Shown one piece after another: positions 1 to 12,762 of a stretch of 64,000 nt of DNA. The position numbers were made by a program, and so were the translations under genes. Source of the stretch: Gekko japonicus (lineage: Eukaryota); the NCBI RefSeq assembly GCF_001447785.1, contig NW_015173766.1:33324-97323 (forward strand), in the 5' to 3' direction. The stretch's first letter is position 1. Each line of letters begins with the position of its first letter. The notes beneath the pieces were generated by a model that did not search any database, was not told where the DNA came from, and saw only the letters and a list, made by a program, of their open reading frames with translations.

Positions 1-583
1 CATTGCAAAAAAATCAAGCCCACTTTGCTGGAGGGGGTGTAAGGAAATAGGCAGTTACATACACTGCTGGTACGATTGCCTGGAGGTAGCATCCTTCTGG
101 GATAAAATAATAGAAGAAATAACGATCATAACCAAAATCAAGATAGACAAATCCCCGGAAGCTCTGCTTTTAAATCTCAGAGAGGAAAATGCTCTATCTA
201 ATACACAAAGGAAAAGAATCTCTCTATTACTATTTGCAGCCTAAACCACATTAGCACATTAGGCTAAATGTAAACCACTGGTACAAAAAGCTATGGAAAC
301 CTTTATATAATGGAGAAAATCTCAGATACTCTGAAACAAAATCTATCTAGAGGTGGTCAGAATGACATTGTATGTATATGGTACCCCATACTAGTACATC
401 TATCTACCAAAGAAACAGTACCTGATATAATACACACTCTGCATCTATGGTAATTTTCAAACTGTATAATACCGACAAACTGTACGAAATGTATAAAGCC
501 TTTGAGAGCTGGCTATGCTCATACTTACCTTTGTAAATCTTTGCTGTTTATGAAAAAGAATAAAAATTATCTGTTAAAAAAAA
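1..583 (+). mobile_element. L1 LINE 3' end (ORF2 C-terminal CCHC region, degraded, plus 3'UTR and A-rich tail)
   Basis: Frame +2 from base 2 reads IAKKSSPLCWRGCKEIGSYIHCWYDCLEVASFWDKII, matching the L1 ORF2 C-terminal motif CWRGCxxxGTxxHCWWxC; stops follow; AATAAA near 559 and A-run near 576-583. Confidence 0.85.
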
Positions 584-775
584 GAACTACCATTTCCAGC
601 TGTAATCCATAAATGTAGTTGCTACGGAACTTTCCATGAAACAAAAGCATAATAGGGAAAGTTGTAGTGTCTTTTACCACCACCTGCTCCATCTCTCCAT
701 CTCTGTTGCAGAAAAGCACCAACTTTAAATCACTTATGTACCAAATAAATAACTGAGTCTGTTTGATGAGTAGGC

Positions 776-1281
776 TGATGTAAAGCAATATAGAAAATTG
801 TGCCTTCAGGGGGGTTTATTGGGGGGATTCTGGGAAATCATTTAGTAGCTCAGCTACATCCTCAACAACAGTGTGAGAACACCTTAGGATAATCCAACCT
901 TAAGAAAGAAAGTTGGGTATGATCACCGCCTGATCGTCTCCAAGATAGGAACAGGATGAGAGTGCACTGTGTATATGGCAGGGGTAACAGTGCTGGCAAC
1001 CAGTTATGTGGCTAGGAGGCAGATATAAAACTCAACAAGCCGTTGGGGGTGGAGAAATAAGACACAATGAACCCTGACTTGTTGGTGGGCAGGAGTGGGG
1101 CTATGCCGCAGTACAAAGATTGTCAGGGGGCTTGGCAGAAGAGGAGACAGAATTCAAGCTTCAGACTGTGGTTTATAGCTCTGAGAAGGTCCTCCCCTTT
1201 AGTGCAGCCATTTCTTTTTCACTTCATGGGACAAGCTATGCAGGAAACTGACTCAGTAAACCCCAAAGGTCATTTACCACA
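776..1281 (+). mobile_element. Possible degraded solo LTR
   Basis: TG..CA-like ends (tgatgtaaa / tttaccaca), TATAAAA near 1026, AGTAAA near 1255; no target-site duplication found. Confidence 0.25.
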
Positions 1282-2906
1282 ATCTCCAATGTATCCTTTT
1301 TTTGTGTGTGTACAGAAAAAGGCCATTTTTTTCTTACAGTGATTTTATATATATACAAATTTTAAAAAAGGTAAAAGAGGGTGAGCAGTATCAAATGTGT
1401 GCTTTTTTTAAAAAAAAAGATCAAACTGTGGAAGGAAAAGAAATAAATTTAGAGTGAATGTAGTTGGAGATGTTAAACACTGAGAAGCTTTCCTAGGAAC
1501 GGAAGAGGAGGATCAGCGAGGGATGAAAAGAGTCCATTTAAGAACAGAATGAGAAATACAGCCACAGAGGATGGTAAAATAATTCAAGCATTAAATGAAT
1601 ACTTAGATGTTTACAACAGAGATGACTCAAAACATGTCAGCACACGTGGGTCATGTAGATCAGAAAGAATTCAGGAGGAGTTCAGAAGGCTTTGAGAGAG
1701 AGAACACAGCTGAAGTAAAGGACAAGATTGCTCCAACAATCGAAGGACTTGGACGTTGTTGAATAACCTGACTACAACTACAATGATGCTGAATGTACCA
1801 GGTAAATTATAATTTTTATTTGAACCGACATAGTATGTCCTGTTCAAGGGCCATTCGAGTGATAACATCAACACAAATTAATGTTCAGGGAATTTGTACA
1901 TGTGGAAATCATCCTGTAGATCTCTGGTAAGGCGGTGTATAAATATGTTTTGTATACAATTGAATTTCACATCCAAAGTATCTTAGGAAGAGCATTCTCC
2001 CATGAGAGACTCATTCCCCTTTCACACAAGAATTAAAGTGTGCTGAAAGGACCCTCCTCAAGACACCATCCCTTGCAGAAGCACAGTTGGGGCCTATAAT
2101 CCTCTTTTCATTTTTGTTATGTAGCCAGTTAAGATATATTTATTTATTCCTCCATGATTATTTTTTTCCTCCTCAGTTTACAGCTGAATAGCTCCTTCTA
2201 GATCTGTTTCTCTGTCTTCACTGTACTGTTGATTTTGAAACACAACAGGTTTTTAATTTTGTTCTGCTGTATAAGTAATCATCTCTTTTTTTACTTTGAA
2301 AATTGTATGCCACTTGGGAAGCAAAGGTTTCAGTGATGTATATAAATATATTCACTTCAAATAATGAGAAAAGACATGATTGTAAATGGACTGAACCCAG
2401 ATGCTTTCACTTTCAACTCGGATAAAACGTTTACCTGACCTGTGCCATCCTGCAAAGAAAAGTCAATTTGTGTTAAAAATCAGGACTCCAGAAATGCCAT
2501 TTTAGGAGTCTTAATTTGTTTTAAATTGTCCCTATTTGCCTTTGGTGATGTCATAACAAAGCCAAATCTCATCAATTCTGTCAGCCCATGTGATTTCAAT
2601 AATAAGAGCACATTTACAGAGTAATACTACAGAGTTACTCCAGTCTAAAGGTGATTGAAATAAATGGATTTAGACAGGAGTAACTTTTCATAGGATTATA
2701 CTGTTAGTGCCTGGGGTTCAGAACACAGTATCTTGTTGCAATTGTTGTTACAACAGTGTTTGGTATCTCAAAATTGCATATGGGTGGCTAACAGAGGTTA
2801 ACACTTGAGGTCACCTAGTGACTTCACGGTAAAGGCAGAATTTGATCCAGGTACCTTCTCAGCCACTACATGACACCAGCTCCTTGAAATTATTTACAGA
2901 TGTCAC

Positions 2907-3287
2907 CAGGGCTATTTTGGGGCAGGAACACCCAGGAATGGAGTTCTGGCTGGCTTCAAAGTTGGCCACGCCCACTACAGTCAAAACCTCTGTGTGCGTG
3001 GCTACAGAGGGAAGGCCTGGAGAGCAACACACACACCCCCGCGACTCCAAGGCGGGCGAGCCGGGGGGGGCATGGAAGAATTGTGGAGGCATTTAAATGT
3101 CTCTCTGTGCCTTTCCTGGTCTGTTTAAGGGCCAGCTTGTCCAGGTTCCCCGCAGCCGCAGGGCACCCAGGCAAGCCAAGGAAAGGCATGGAGTGTGGCC
3201 TAATATGCTAATAAGCTGCACTGTCAGGGGTGTGGCCTAATATGCTAATGAGTTCCTGCTGGGGTTTTTTCTACAAAAAAAGCCCTG
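2907..3287. mobile_element. hAT MITE (CAGGGCT termini) with subterminal repeats
   Basis: Termini cagggct...agccctg; perfect 8-bp TSD gatgtcac at 2899-2906 and 3288-3295. Confidence 0.92.
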
Positions 3288-4639
3288 GATGTCACATTAA
3301 TGTCACCATATCACACACAGCATTGTGACATCCATCCATGTGGTATGAAAACCTTGACTGGGTAGAATCACACACATGTGACTAGTTCAGAAACGAGGAA
3401 AAATTAGCCCCAGGCTACTTTTTGTGCACAATATGAAAGGGACTTTGATGGGGGGGATTATACTTTTTCAAAGTTATTGGAATAGTTTTGATGGAAATTT
3501 GGTGCTATCCTAATAACAAGCTACTAGCTACACCTGCTGTTCCAAATGCTTTTATGAGGTTTCCTGGAATGGACAGGGCAATTCATGCTGTTTCAAGGAC
3601 CATACAGCATACCAAAAAAATACAGAGTTTTCCAGAGGAAGATTAAAAGGTTAATTCCTGTAAACCTCAGGTTTGGAGGGCAAATAAACATTTTTATTCC
3701 CATTGTAAAACAGTTGAGTAGGAACAAAAGATCCTTCAAAGAGGATATTATAACCACATTCATTATATCTGATGCATGCTACTCACTTGGAATTCTGGTC
3801 ATGTCTGAGAATGCTATAGCTGCACAGGCACCTGCTAGCCCTTGCCTTATTTTTCATTCCCACTGATGCTTTATGCCAGCACTGAGTTTGCCCATTATGG
3901 AAAGATCTTCTCCTGCAATTCTACCTGTTATAGCATTACACCAAAAAGATTTTGCAGCTACCCCAGTATATAAGCTTGATGTCAGCTGCTATTCCTCTAA
4001 ATTACATCATGCTTTGCCAAACACCTAGAAGAAGCCTCTCAGCTGATCATGTTTTAAACAAGACTGGCTCCATTTTAAACAAATCCCTGGAAAGCCTATA
4101 TCAGAGTTATTTAAAGTAGATTGTGTTTTATTGTCTCAGGAATATGGTATAGTGCAACTGCTCAGAAAGACAAGAAACCACCATCTGCCCCACTAAACAA
4201 TTATCATTCTACCATCTGTTATCAAGTGTGTGTGTGTTTTGTTTTTCCCCTCATTGGTTAATAGCCGATTGAAAATGGATACAGAAAAAAATGCCATTAA
4301 AGGATGCTAATAATCCCAATTGCTCTTTTATCTGTAAAACCATCTCCTTCCAACTGGAGCCTTGCAAGTCGAGGCCTAACTACATGTTACTCTTTCCCCC
4401 AAGGATGTCCCCAGGTCAGATCAAGAGTCATGTTTTGGAGTTCTGTTCTTCCCAAGCACATGCAGGTTTGATCTGAACTGGAGCCAGGATTACAGGCTTA
4501 ATCATTCCCCCTGTACTGGTTCTCCAACCTGGAACAGCCCAGGGACTGTTATTTTTCCCACTGGGGGAACCATGTGAACTGATATACTACACATAATGTT
4601 TCCTACACAGGGGAAGCAGCAGTTTGGTAGGGCTGTGTC

Positions 4640-4845
4640 CAGTGTTCCCTCTAAGCTGAGTTAGTGTGAGCTAGCTCACAGTTTTTTAGCCTCTGGCTCA
4701 CACATTTTTGTCTTAGCTCAGGAAGGAGGGCTCCAGAGCAAACCGATTTATGCAGTAGCCAAATCGCTTGCTCACAAGTTTAATGCCAGGAGCTCACAAA
4801 GTAAAATTTTTGCTCACTAGACTCCATGGCTTAGAGGGAGCATTG
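4640..4845. mobile_element. hAT MITE (CAGTGTTCCCTCTAAG termini), copy 1
   Basis: TIR cagtgttccctctaag / cttagagggagcattg; 8-bp TSD gctgtgtc / gctatgtc (one mismatch). Confidence 0.9.
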
Positions 4846-4881
4846 GCTATGTCATGTCATGTCAGGAAAATGGCATGGAGT

Positions 4882-5166
4882 GGAAGAAGAAGAGGAGGAG
4901 AGATTGGATTTATACCCCGCCCTTCACTACCCAAAGGAGTCTCAGAGCAGTTTACAAACTCCTTTCCCTTCCCCTCCCCACAACAGACACCCTGTGAGGT
5001 AGGTGGGGCTGAGAGAGCTCTGACAGAAACTGCTCTTTTTCAAGAACAGCTGTGCCAGAACTATGGCTTGCCCAAGGTCATCCAGCAGGTGCAAGTGGAG
5101 GAGTGGGGAATCAAACCCAGTTCTCCCAGATTAGGGTCCACACACTTAACCTCTACACCAAACTGG
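4882..5166 (-). mobile_element. Squam3-like tRNA-derived SINE
   Basis: Minus strand starts ccagtttggtgtagaggttaag (A box), has a B-box-like ctgggtttgattccccactcc and ends gggcggggtataaatccaa plus a (TTC/TCC) tail. Confidence 0.85.
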
Positions 5167-5177
5167 AAGGTCCAAGC

Positions 5178-5382
5178 CAGTGTTCCCTCTAAGTTGAGTT
5201 AGTGTGAGCTAGCTCACAGATTTTTAGCTTCCAGCTACACATTTTTCTCTTAGCTCAGGAAGGAGGGCTCCAGAGCAAACCGATTTATGCAGTAGCCAAA
5301 ATGCTTGCTCACAGCCTTAATACCAGTAGCTCACAAAGTAGAATATTTGCTCACAAGACTCCACAGCTTAGAGGGAGCATTG
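5178..5382. mobile_element. hAT MITE (CAGTGTTCCCTCTAAG termini), copy 2
   Basis: Closely similar to 4640-4845 with both TIRs; flanks gtccaagc / gctccttc do not form a TSD. Confidence 0.88.
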
Positions 5383-5799
5383 GCTCCTTCTCTGTGCACT
5401 GTGGTTCCAATTTGTGCCTAGGAAGCACAACATTTCAGAATATGATTCTCAACTCAACCTAGGCATATCCCCAGGAAATATGTTATTAGTCTCTAACACA
5501 GAAAAAAAATAGAATGAATGGTGGACTGCCAAATAATCCTAATTTCTTTTTGCTATTTATACATAGCTGCTCTTACATTTATGCATTCACCAGCAGAAGA
5601 ACCATTTTTATCATACAAATGTGTCTGTCATATAAAGCAAATACTGTTTATGTGACCACTTCTGTAAGCCTGATTAATCGTTCTGTAAGCCTGATTAATT
5701 GTTGATTATCAGTTTCTTTCCCCCATCATTGATCACTAGTGGCTGAAAGGTATTTCTTCAGGTAGCTACCACCAGCCAACTAGGATTGGGTTTAGACCT

Positions 5800-6346
5800 T
5801 GATGACAATCATCTTCATGTACTTGAAGGGCTGTCATATAGAGGATGGTGTGGAGTTATTTTCTGCTGCCCCAGAAGGTTGGACCAGAACCAACAGTTTG
5901 AGATTAGAAGAGTATTCAGCTAAACATTAGGAAGAACTTCCTGACAATTAGAGCAGTTCCTCAGGGGAACAGGCTTCCTCTGGAGGTGGTGGGCTCTCCT
6001 CCTTTGGAGGTTTTCAAACAGAGGCTAGATGGCCATCTGTCAGCAGAGCTGATTCTGTGAACTTAGGTAGTTCATGAGAGGGAGGGCAAGAAGGGTTGCA
6101 TCAGTGCTTAGTTTTTGTGGCCCTTTCTTACACTCCCGGCGAAATGCTGATCATCCCTTTGGGGGTCAGGAAGGAATTTTTCTCCAGGCCAGTTTGGCTG
6201 GAGATCCTGGAGGGTTTCTGTCATCTTCTGGGCATGGAACAGCAGTCACTGGGGGTGTGGGGGGGAGGTATTTGTGAATCTCTTGCATTGTGCAGAGGGT
6301 TGGACTAGATACCCCTGGAGGTACCTTCCAACTCTGATTCTATGAT
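5800..6346 (+). mobile_element. CR1 LINE 3' fragment
   Basis: Degraded CR1 ORF2 C-terminus (LKGCHIEDGVELFS..., NIRKNFLT) and 3' terminus ...ccttccaactctgattctatgat. Confidence 0.88.
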
Positions 6347-6427
6347 CTGTGTGGCAAAAGAAAAATGGTTTGCAGGAGATGTCAGCAGAGAAAGAAACTG
6401 GTCTAGCTGCAAGAAGGAGCTTTCACC

Positions 6428-6971
6428 TTAGAATCATAGAATGTTAGAGTTGGAAGGGATCTTGCAGGTCATCTAGTCCAACCCCCTGCACTCTGCAGGA
6501 GTATACTGAAAGATAGCCCTACATCCCTACAACATATCCGAAAGATGGTCATCCAGCCTCCGCTTGAAAACGTCCAGCGAAGGAGCATCCACAACCTCCC
6601 AAGGCAGACTGTTCCACTGCTCAACCATTCTTACAGTTAGGAAGTTTCTCCTGATATTTAGCTGGTAACGACTCCCTTGTAATTTCCACCCATTAGATCT
6701 AGTCTTGCAATCCGGAGCAAGAGAGAATAGATCTGCTCCATCTTCTACATGACAGCCCTTCACATACTTGAAGACTGCAATCATGTCCCCTCTAAGCCTT
6801 CTCTTTCCCAGGCTAAACATACCCAACTCTTTCAGCCTTTCCTCATAAGACTTGGATTCCAACCCTCTCACCATCCTGGTTGCCCTCTTCTGGACACGCT
6901 CCAGTTTGTCAACATCTTTCCTAAAATGTGGTGCCCAAATCTGGACACAGTACTCCAGGTGAGGCCTGACC
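6428..6971 (-). mobile_element. CR1 LINE 3' fragment (ORF2 C-terminus open 6527-6874)
   Basis: ORF MVRGLESKSYEERLKELGMFSLGKRRLRGDMIAVFKYVKG...NIRRNFLTVR...WNSLP is the typical CR1 ORF2 end; attctatgattct tail at 6429-6442. Confidence 0.95.
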
Positions 6972-7014
6972 TTGGGGTGATGGGGTCTGTGATTAAAGTT
7001 AATAACCTCATGGT

Positions 7015-7185
7015 GGGGCCTGAATTTCTCTCAGGATTACCACTGACTACAGAAATCCATTCCTCTGGAGAAAAAATGACAGCATCAGAGGGCAAATTCT
7101 ATGGCTTGCCATCCCTGCTGAGTTCTGTCCCTTCCCCATACTCGGCCCTCCAGTCCCCAGGAATTTCCCAAAATGGACTTGGCCA
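7015..7185 (+). mobile_element. Degraded copy of TAGGGTTGCC-type hAT MITE
   Basis: Shares the internal core (tcctctggagaaaaaatgac..., ccaggaatttccca) with 10809-11032. Confidence 0.6.
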
Positions 7186-8139
7186 GACTATGATACAGGC
7201 TGCTCTCTGATTGTCTATTGCTTCATGCTCAGCAAGTATAGATGAAAATAAACAGGTGTCACAAACACCATAAGTCTTCAGTGCTCTCTCAGCCTGAAGG
7301 GAAAACTAAACCCTGCATCTCTGCCCCTCGAACTTACCACATCTAAAAGAAGTGCAGAGCAGAAAGCAGCCATCAGTTAAAGCCATAAAAAGCAAATTCA
7401 TTTTAAAATTTCACATTGCAGCTAGTTATTAAAATAAGAAGTGGGAATGATGGCTGTTTTTTGCCTTTTGTCAAGCCCTCTATGCAAATTAACACAAATC
7501 GATAGTGCTGGGCTGTTTGGTTTTTTTAAAAAAAAAAATGTAAGAGCTGCAAGTCATTTCTAATGCTGCATGCAGTACAACCAGGATATTCCACCTACAC
7601 ATCCTGTGTTAATTCCTAGCTGGCTTCCAATATGCACAAGTTCCTCCAGGCAATAACCTATCACTTCTCTCCTTTCTGATTCCCCCCCCCCAATCACTGA
7701 ATTAGGCAATGCAAAATGGAAGCATTTATGCAAATGTGCCCTGTTCTGTCGCTTCTCCAAGTGAAATCCTGCGGGCTCCAAATCTCCTCCCCTGCACACC
7801 TTCCAAACATATGTATTCAAAAGGCACTAATCTCACCATACCATAAGCAAGCATGCTGCCTGGTAGCAGATAAAACTCTAAGAGGATTAGGAAATCTTTA
7901 CATTTTTGTCTCTGGCAGAAATAAAAGTGTCACCAAAGTTCCTTGCAAAGTTCCAATGAAGTCATCATCACACTGTCCTCCAACTTGCTGATACCCATCC
8001 TGGAACATCTGAAGCTGCCCTGTACTAATTAATTAATTATCGTACGGCAGTGGGTGTAGTCTAACCAAGAGATCCAGAGACTGTGTGGCAGCCTGAAACT
8101 CTAGCTCTTTTTCTGGCGAGATAGGTTTGTTTTGGGGGC

Positions 8140-8255
8140 TGAGAGGACTGTGACTGACCCAAGGTCACCCAGCTGGCTTCATGTGGAGGAGTGGGGAATC
8201 AAACCCCGTTCTCTAGATTAGAGTCCACTGCTCTTAACCACTTCACCAAACTGGC
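8140..8255 (-). mobile_element. Squam3-like SINE 5' half
   Basis: gactgacccaaggtcacccagc...ggaatcaaacc...ttaaccacttcaccaaactggc. Confidence 0.8.
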
Positions 8256-9274
8256 CTCCTTCTGCCCTGTACTGACTCAGATCATTGGGCATCCAGCCCT
8301 GCATTGAATATTGCACATCTCTCCAAGTCCTTGGGGGACAAGCTCTTTCCAAACTCTGCTATGAGAGAGATGCCTGAACTAGGCCAGGGATGATAAGTGT
8401 TGGTACACTAAGCCAATGTTTCCCAACCAGTGTGTTGCAAAGCCTCTGCAGGTGGGTCGTGGGCCAGCTCTCCCTAATGGCCACCCCTGTATTTTCCATT
8501 GTTCCCTTCTGTATCTTGGAAACCGAGATCTGAACCTGGCAACAGTATCTTCCATGTCATACATTAGTTGCTATTTTTTCTTCACTGCATCTACGTGTTG
8601 ATCAAGTAAAATGTGACCTGATGGTCAGTAGAATGAGAATCTTAGGGGGGATTAGAGGGAGTAAGGGAGAAAGAGAAGGTGGTCAAAGGCTGGAATGTAA
8701 CTTCCATATGAAAGGCTGTGGATGTCGGAATGCCACTTGCATGGGCTTCATAGTGTGTCAGCTGTGCCGTTCGTGCAATGTTTGTTGATTTCTCAAAAAA
8801 AACAGCTGGCTAGCCTCTGGAGAAAATGGAAGGCTGAACTAGATGGGTGTCACACTTTGCCTAGGGTGCCAAAAAACCTTGGGCCAATCCTGTATTGGTC
8901 ATCCCACCAACTAAATTTGACCTGTGGATCACCATACTGAAAAGTCTCGGAACCGTAAGCTATGGCTGAATCCATCTTACTTTAACCATTACCCAAATCC
9001 TCCCCTTTTTAATTTTTAGTTTAGAAATGCTCAGCTATATCAGATGAAGAAATATTTAGGGACCCTATGTGGATGGGGAGGCAGTATAAATAAACAATAA
9101 ATATGGGAAATAGCAGTAAAAAAATTTCCCCAAGAGAGGCAGTGGGAAGTTTTCCTGGGAAGTCTTAAAATCCTACTCTTTAACCCCAATATGTAGTGTG
9201 TTGAGAATGCACACTGTGATGGCAATGTACTTTGCACATGTTCAGAGGACCTAATAAATCACAGAGCTAAACTG

Positions 9275-9508
9275 TAGCACCCTCCAGGTAAGACCTGGAG
9301 ATCCTCTGGAATTACAGCTCATTTCCAGACTACAGAGATCAATTCTGCAGGAGAAAATTGATGCTTTGGAGGGTGGAGTCTATGATGATGTACCTTACTG
9401 AGGTCCCTGTCTTCCATAGGTTCCACCACCAAATCTCCAGGAGTCTCCCAACCTGGAGCTGGCAGCCTATCCCCCCATCTCCTACTGGTTGCCAGGGAGG
9501 ACCTGGCA
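9275..9508 (+). mobile_element. TAGGGTTGCC-type hAT MITE, degraded
   Basis: Core cctggagatcc...gaattacagctcat...ggagaaaa...ctggcagccta, followed by a second ctggcaa end. Confidence 0.75.
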
Positions 9509-10356
9509 ATGCTATTTGCATATTATGCAAACTGTCTGCAAATTATGCAAATCAGACATGTTCATTGTATTATCTATCAGTTGATCAGCATCTCTTCCTG
9601 TTCACTACCACAAAAATATCATAGAACACATATCATCACCTGACCCTTTGTTTATGGCAGGATTTGCCAGGATTTGCTCAGGCTCTCTTATGAGCACAGC
9701 ATACACAGAAGAGAAAAATGGAACAAGGCATTGTGGCCCAAGGCCTCTGACTAATATGCAGTAGACCTTCCCATGGAGGAAGTTCTTGATTGCTTTTCTC
9801 CCAAGTCTTGAACTTTTGATAGCTAAAAACCAAACACATCCACACACATACACCCTTAGCCTGTAGTGTTAAGCCTAAGTAAAAACAGATTGTCCCCATG
9901 AGGAGCTGAAATAAGGGTTGGGATGATGCTCAATGCACACCTGTGTTCTCTTGATATCCAGTACTGCAGCCTTTAACATTTTGAAAAATTCTCAACAACA
10001 CACCATAACGTTAAGTCTAAAAGTTTCTCTGCACAATTAAAAGCTTCAGCACAAAACTCAAGATGCTATATCAGTCTGTAACCCCAGCCAGCCAACTGAG
10101 CCTAAAGACGTGCTGTCACAGATTCTGTGCCAACAGCCAGTTATACTGCTGCTCCACCCCCATCTCAATTCTGCAGAACCCTCAAAAACCATATGCTGAT
10201 GGTCATTATATGGAAGATCATCAAGTAACGGGAATGATACTCTTCCTTCAGAGTATACAACTGAAAGAGAGGATTACTGCGGAGAAAAATTAATCAGCAT
10301 AATTAAGAGACCTTTCAGAAGCCAGTTCCAGCCAAAGAAGCAGAAAACATTACTCG

Positions 10357-10733
10357 GGCCCCGGTCACATGGGCCAGATAACGCGGGGGGAGGCGTGGCT
10401 TTTCGCGCCGGTGCAATTTAACATGCCAGAATGCAATCAGATGGTATGGCAGCAAAGTGGGGTTTTGTTTGTCGGCGTGTGTTTTCAGCGTGTGTCAACA
10501 CGGCGAGAGGAGCGAGCTTGAGCAATCACACGTATGTATTCTGTTGACGGCTCATAGCAAACCGTTTGCTAGTAGGATTTCCCGGGTATTTTTTAACTCC
10601 GGATCTTTGGGTGGATGCTACGGGTCGGCGATGGGTGTGCTACGCTTGCTAGATGTGTCCTTGTGATCATGCCCGTATACTCCGCCCAACATTTGTGCCT
10701 CTCCCGCCGCAAATTCCACGTGTGAACAGGGCC
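10357..10733. mobile_element. CpG-rich MITE, probably PIF/Harbinger-like
   Basis: Imperfect TIR ggccccggtcacatg / cacgtgtgaacagggcc; unusually CpG-rich interior; candidate 3-bp flanks tcg / tgg. Confidence 0.6.
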
Positions 10734-10808
10734 TGGGGCTAGCAATTGCTGCTGCAGGCCCAGTCCATCACTGTACTCATGTTTTGCCTTCCAGCTCTCA
10801 ATCTAGAA

Positions 10809-11032
10809 TAGGGTTGCCAGCCCCCAGGTGTGGCCTGGAGATCCCCTGCTTTTACAACTGTATCTCCAGCTGACAGAGATCAGCACCCCTGGAGAAAATG
10901 GTTGCTTTGAAGGGTGCACTCAATGGCATTGTATCATGCTGAGGCTCCTCCCTCCCCTCCCCAAACCCCGCCCTCTCCTAGATCCATCCCCAAAGTGTCC
11001 AGGTATTTTCCAAGCCAAACCTGGCAGCCCTA
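10809..11032 (+). mobile_element. hAT MITE (TAGGGTTGCC termini, Blackjack-like)
   Basis: TIR tagggttgccag / ctggcagcccta; perfect 8-bp TSD atctagaa (10801-10808, 11033-11040). Confidence 0.93.
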
Positions 11033-11402
11033 ATCTAGAAGGCCTAGAGACTTCCCCCCCCCAAAAAAATGAAAGCTGGGAATCTAGGTCAGCTAATAGG
11101 CCAAACTGGCACAGGTAGGATACTCACATAGTGGAGAAAACCTGGCCAACTGGGCAATATGGCAACCAGCCAAAGCTTAGAGAAAAGAAAGCAAACCATA
11201 GTTGGGTTCTAATGCAACCAAGCCTGCTTGTCAGGCAAGGCGGGGTAGAAATACAAACAATAAATAAATAAATATAAATAACTAAGGTTTGCTGTAAAGG
11301 TCTTCAGCACAGGGAAGGGAGGGAATATGAGAGCATGAGGCTTTCCCAGATCATTCATGTGAAGAGGAGCCTTGATTTGTCATATTTGAGACAGGAGGAA
11401 AC

Positions 11403-12110
11403 TTATTTATTTAAAACATTTCTGTGCCACCTTTTTACCTAACGAGTGTCGCCAGGGTAGTGAACATTAAAACATTTAAGATATTCAAACAGCATTTAAA
11501 ATAAATTAAAATATTTAAACAATTCAATAAAAAATACGCACATGTGAACACAGATAACACAACCAAGGAGGAGGACTAGTATGAGTTTATTGCAAAAGAC
11601 AAGAACAGAGGGAGACAGAGGAATCTCCCTGGAGAGGGAATTCCAAGGTCTAGCCTCAGGTGGTGGGGGCATCCGAAGCAGGGACTTTGAAGATGGGTAT
11701 GGGTAGATTGAGTGCGTAGGGAGAAGGTGGTCCTTCATGTATGCTGGCCCCAAGCCATATATGACTTTAAAGATCAATACCAGTGCCCTGAGATGAGCCC
11801 AGAAGCAAAACTGAGAGTCAGTGCAGATGGAACAAGAGTAGAATGATATGGTCTCTATCACCCACTCCAGTCAACACTCTGGCTGCAACATGCTGTACCA
11901 ACTGTACCTTCCAGACAATCTTTAAGGGCAGCCCCAAGTAGCAATGCACTGCAGTAATCTAATCTAGATGTTACCAGAGCATGACCACAGTAGCAAGATT
12001 TTTCCTGCCCCGGAAAGGGCTGCAGCTGGCTCACCAGCCAAAGTTGGTGAAAGGCAGACCTGGCCACCACTGCCACTTGTTTATCCAACAGGAGGCCCAG
12101 GTCCAACATG
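11403..12110 (-). mobile_element. L2-clade LINE 3' fragment
   Basis: Minus-strand translation VARSAFHQLWLVSQLQP...HALVTSRLDYCSALL and LVLIFKVIYGLGPAYMKDHL; (AAAT)n-type tail at the 11403 end. Confidence 0.88.
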
Positions 12111-12449
12111 AATTTGAGTGCTGAGGGGACAGAAAACAAAATGAAGCTTTAAACCACTGTTTGGAAGCTGGTTCATGTAATCCAAGGTCTACTCTGATGT
12201 CTGTACAGTGTTCAGCTAATTAAAATTATAGTCCTTTAACACCTCAACTCAGACAAAACTCCCAAAGTGGGAACCAAGCAGACTCTTCCATGAATAAGTT
12301 CTTTGGGGAAATTTAGATGTTACATTTTTCCAGCTAAGAGATGATGCCCTATTATACAACAGTGTCTTACAAAGTAATACACAGCACTGATGCCATTTCA
12401 TTTTTTAAAAATAAAATATTTGAATCCTCCTTTTAGATCCCAAGGGATA

Positions 12450-12472
12450 CTCCTCCTCCTCCTCCTCCTCCT
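12450..12472. repeat. (TCC)n microsatellite
   Basis: Direct reading. Confidence 0.9.
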
Positions 12473-12762
12473 CTGCAAGCTAATAATAACTAGTTAAAAT
12501 ACATCAGATCACAGGGGGAAAAACCACATTTCAAAGACATTTTAAACTACTGTAAAATTAGTTTTAAAACATCGAGTCACCAAAAAAAATCCCAACCCAT
12601 TTTAAATGACCACACACATACACATAGTGCAAACAGCAGAGCATGCATTATATCAAGGTACCAACAGGTAAAAGAAACAGGACAGCAAACAAACTAAACT
12701 CAAAGCCTGCTTGAAGGTTTTTGAAGGTTATTGAAGGTCTCCTGGAAGATTAATCAACACAT

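Noticed and set aside
5660-5699. Short two-copy tandem duplications (also 20232-20276, 50391-50413, 57313-57343)
   Set aside because: Ordinary slippage duplications with no further structure.
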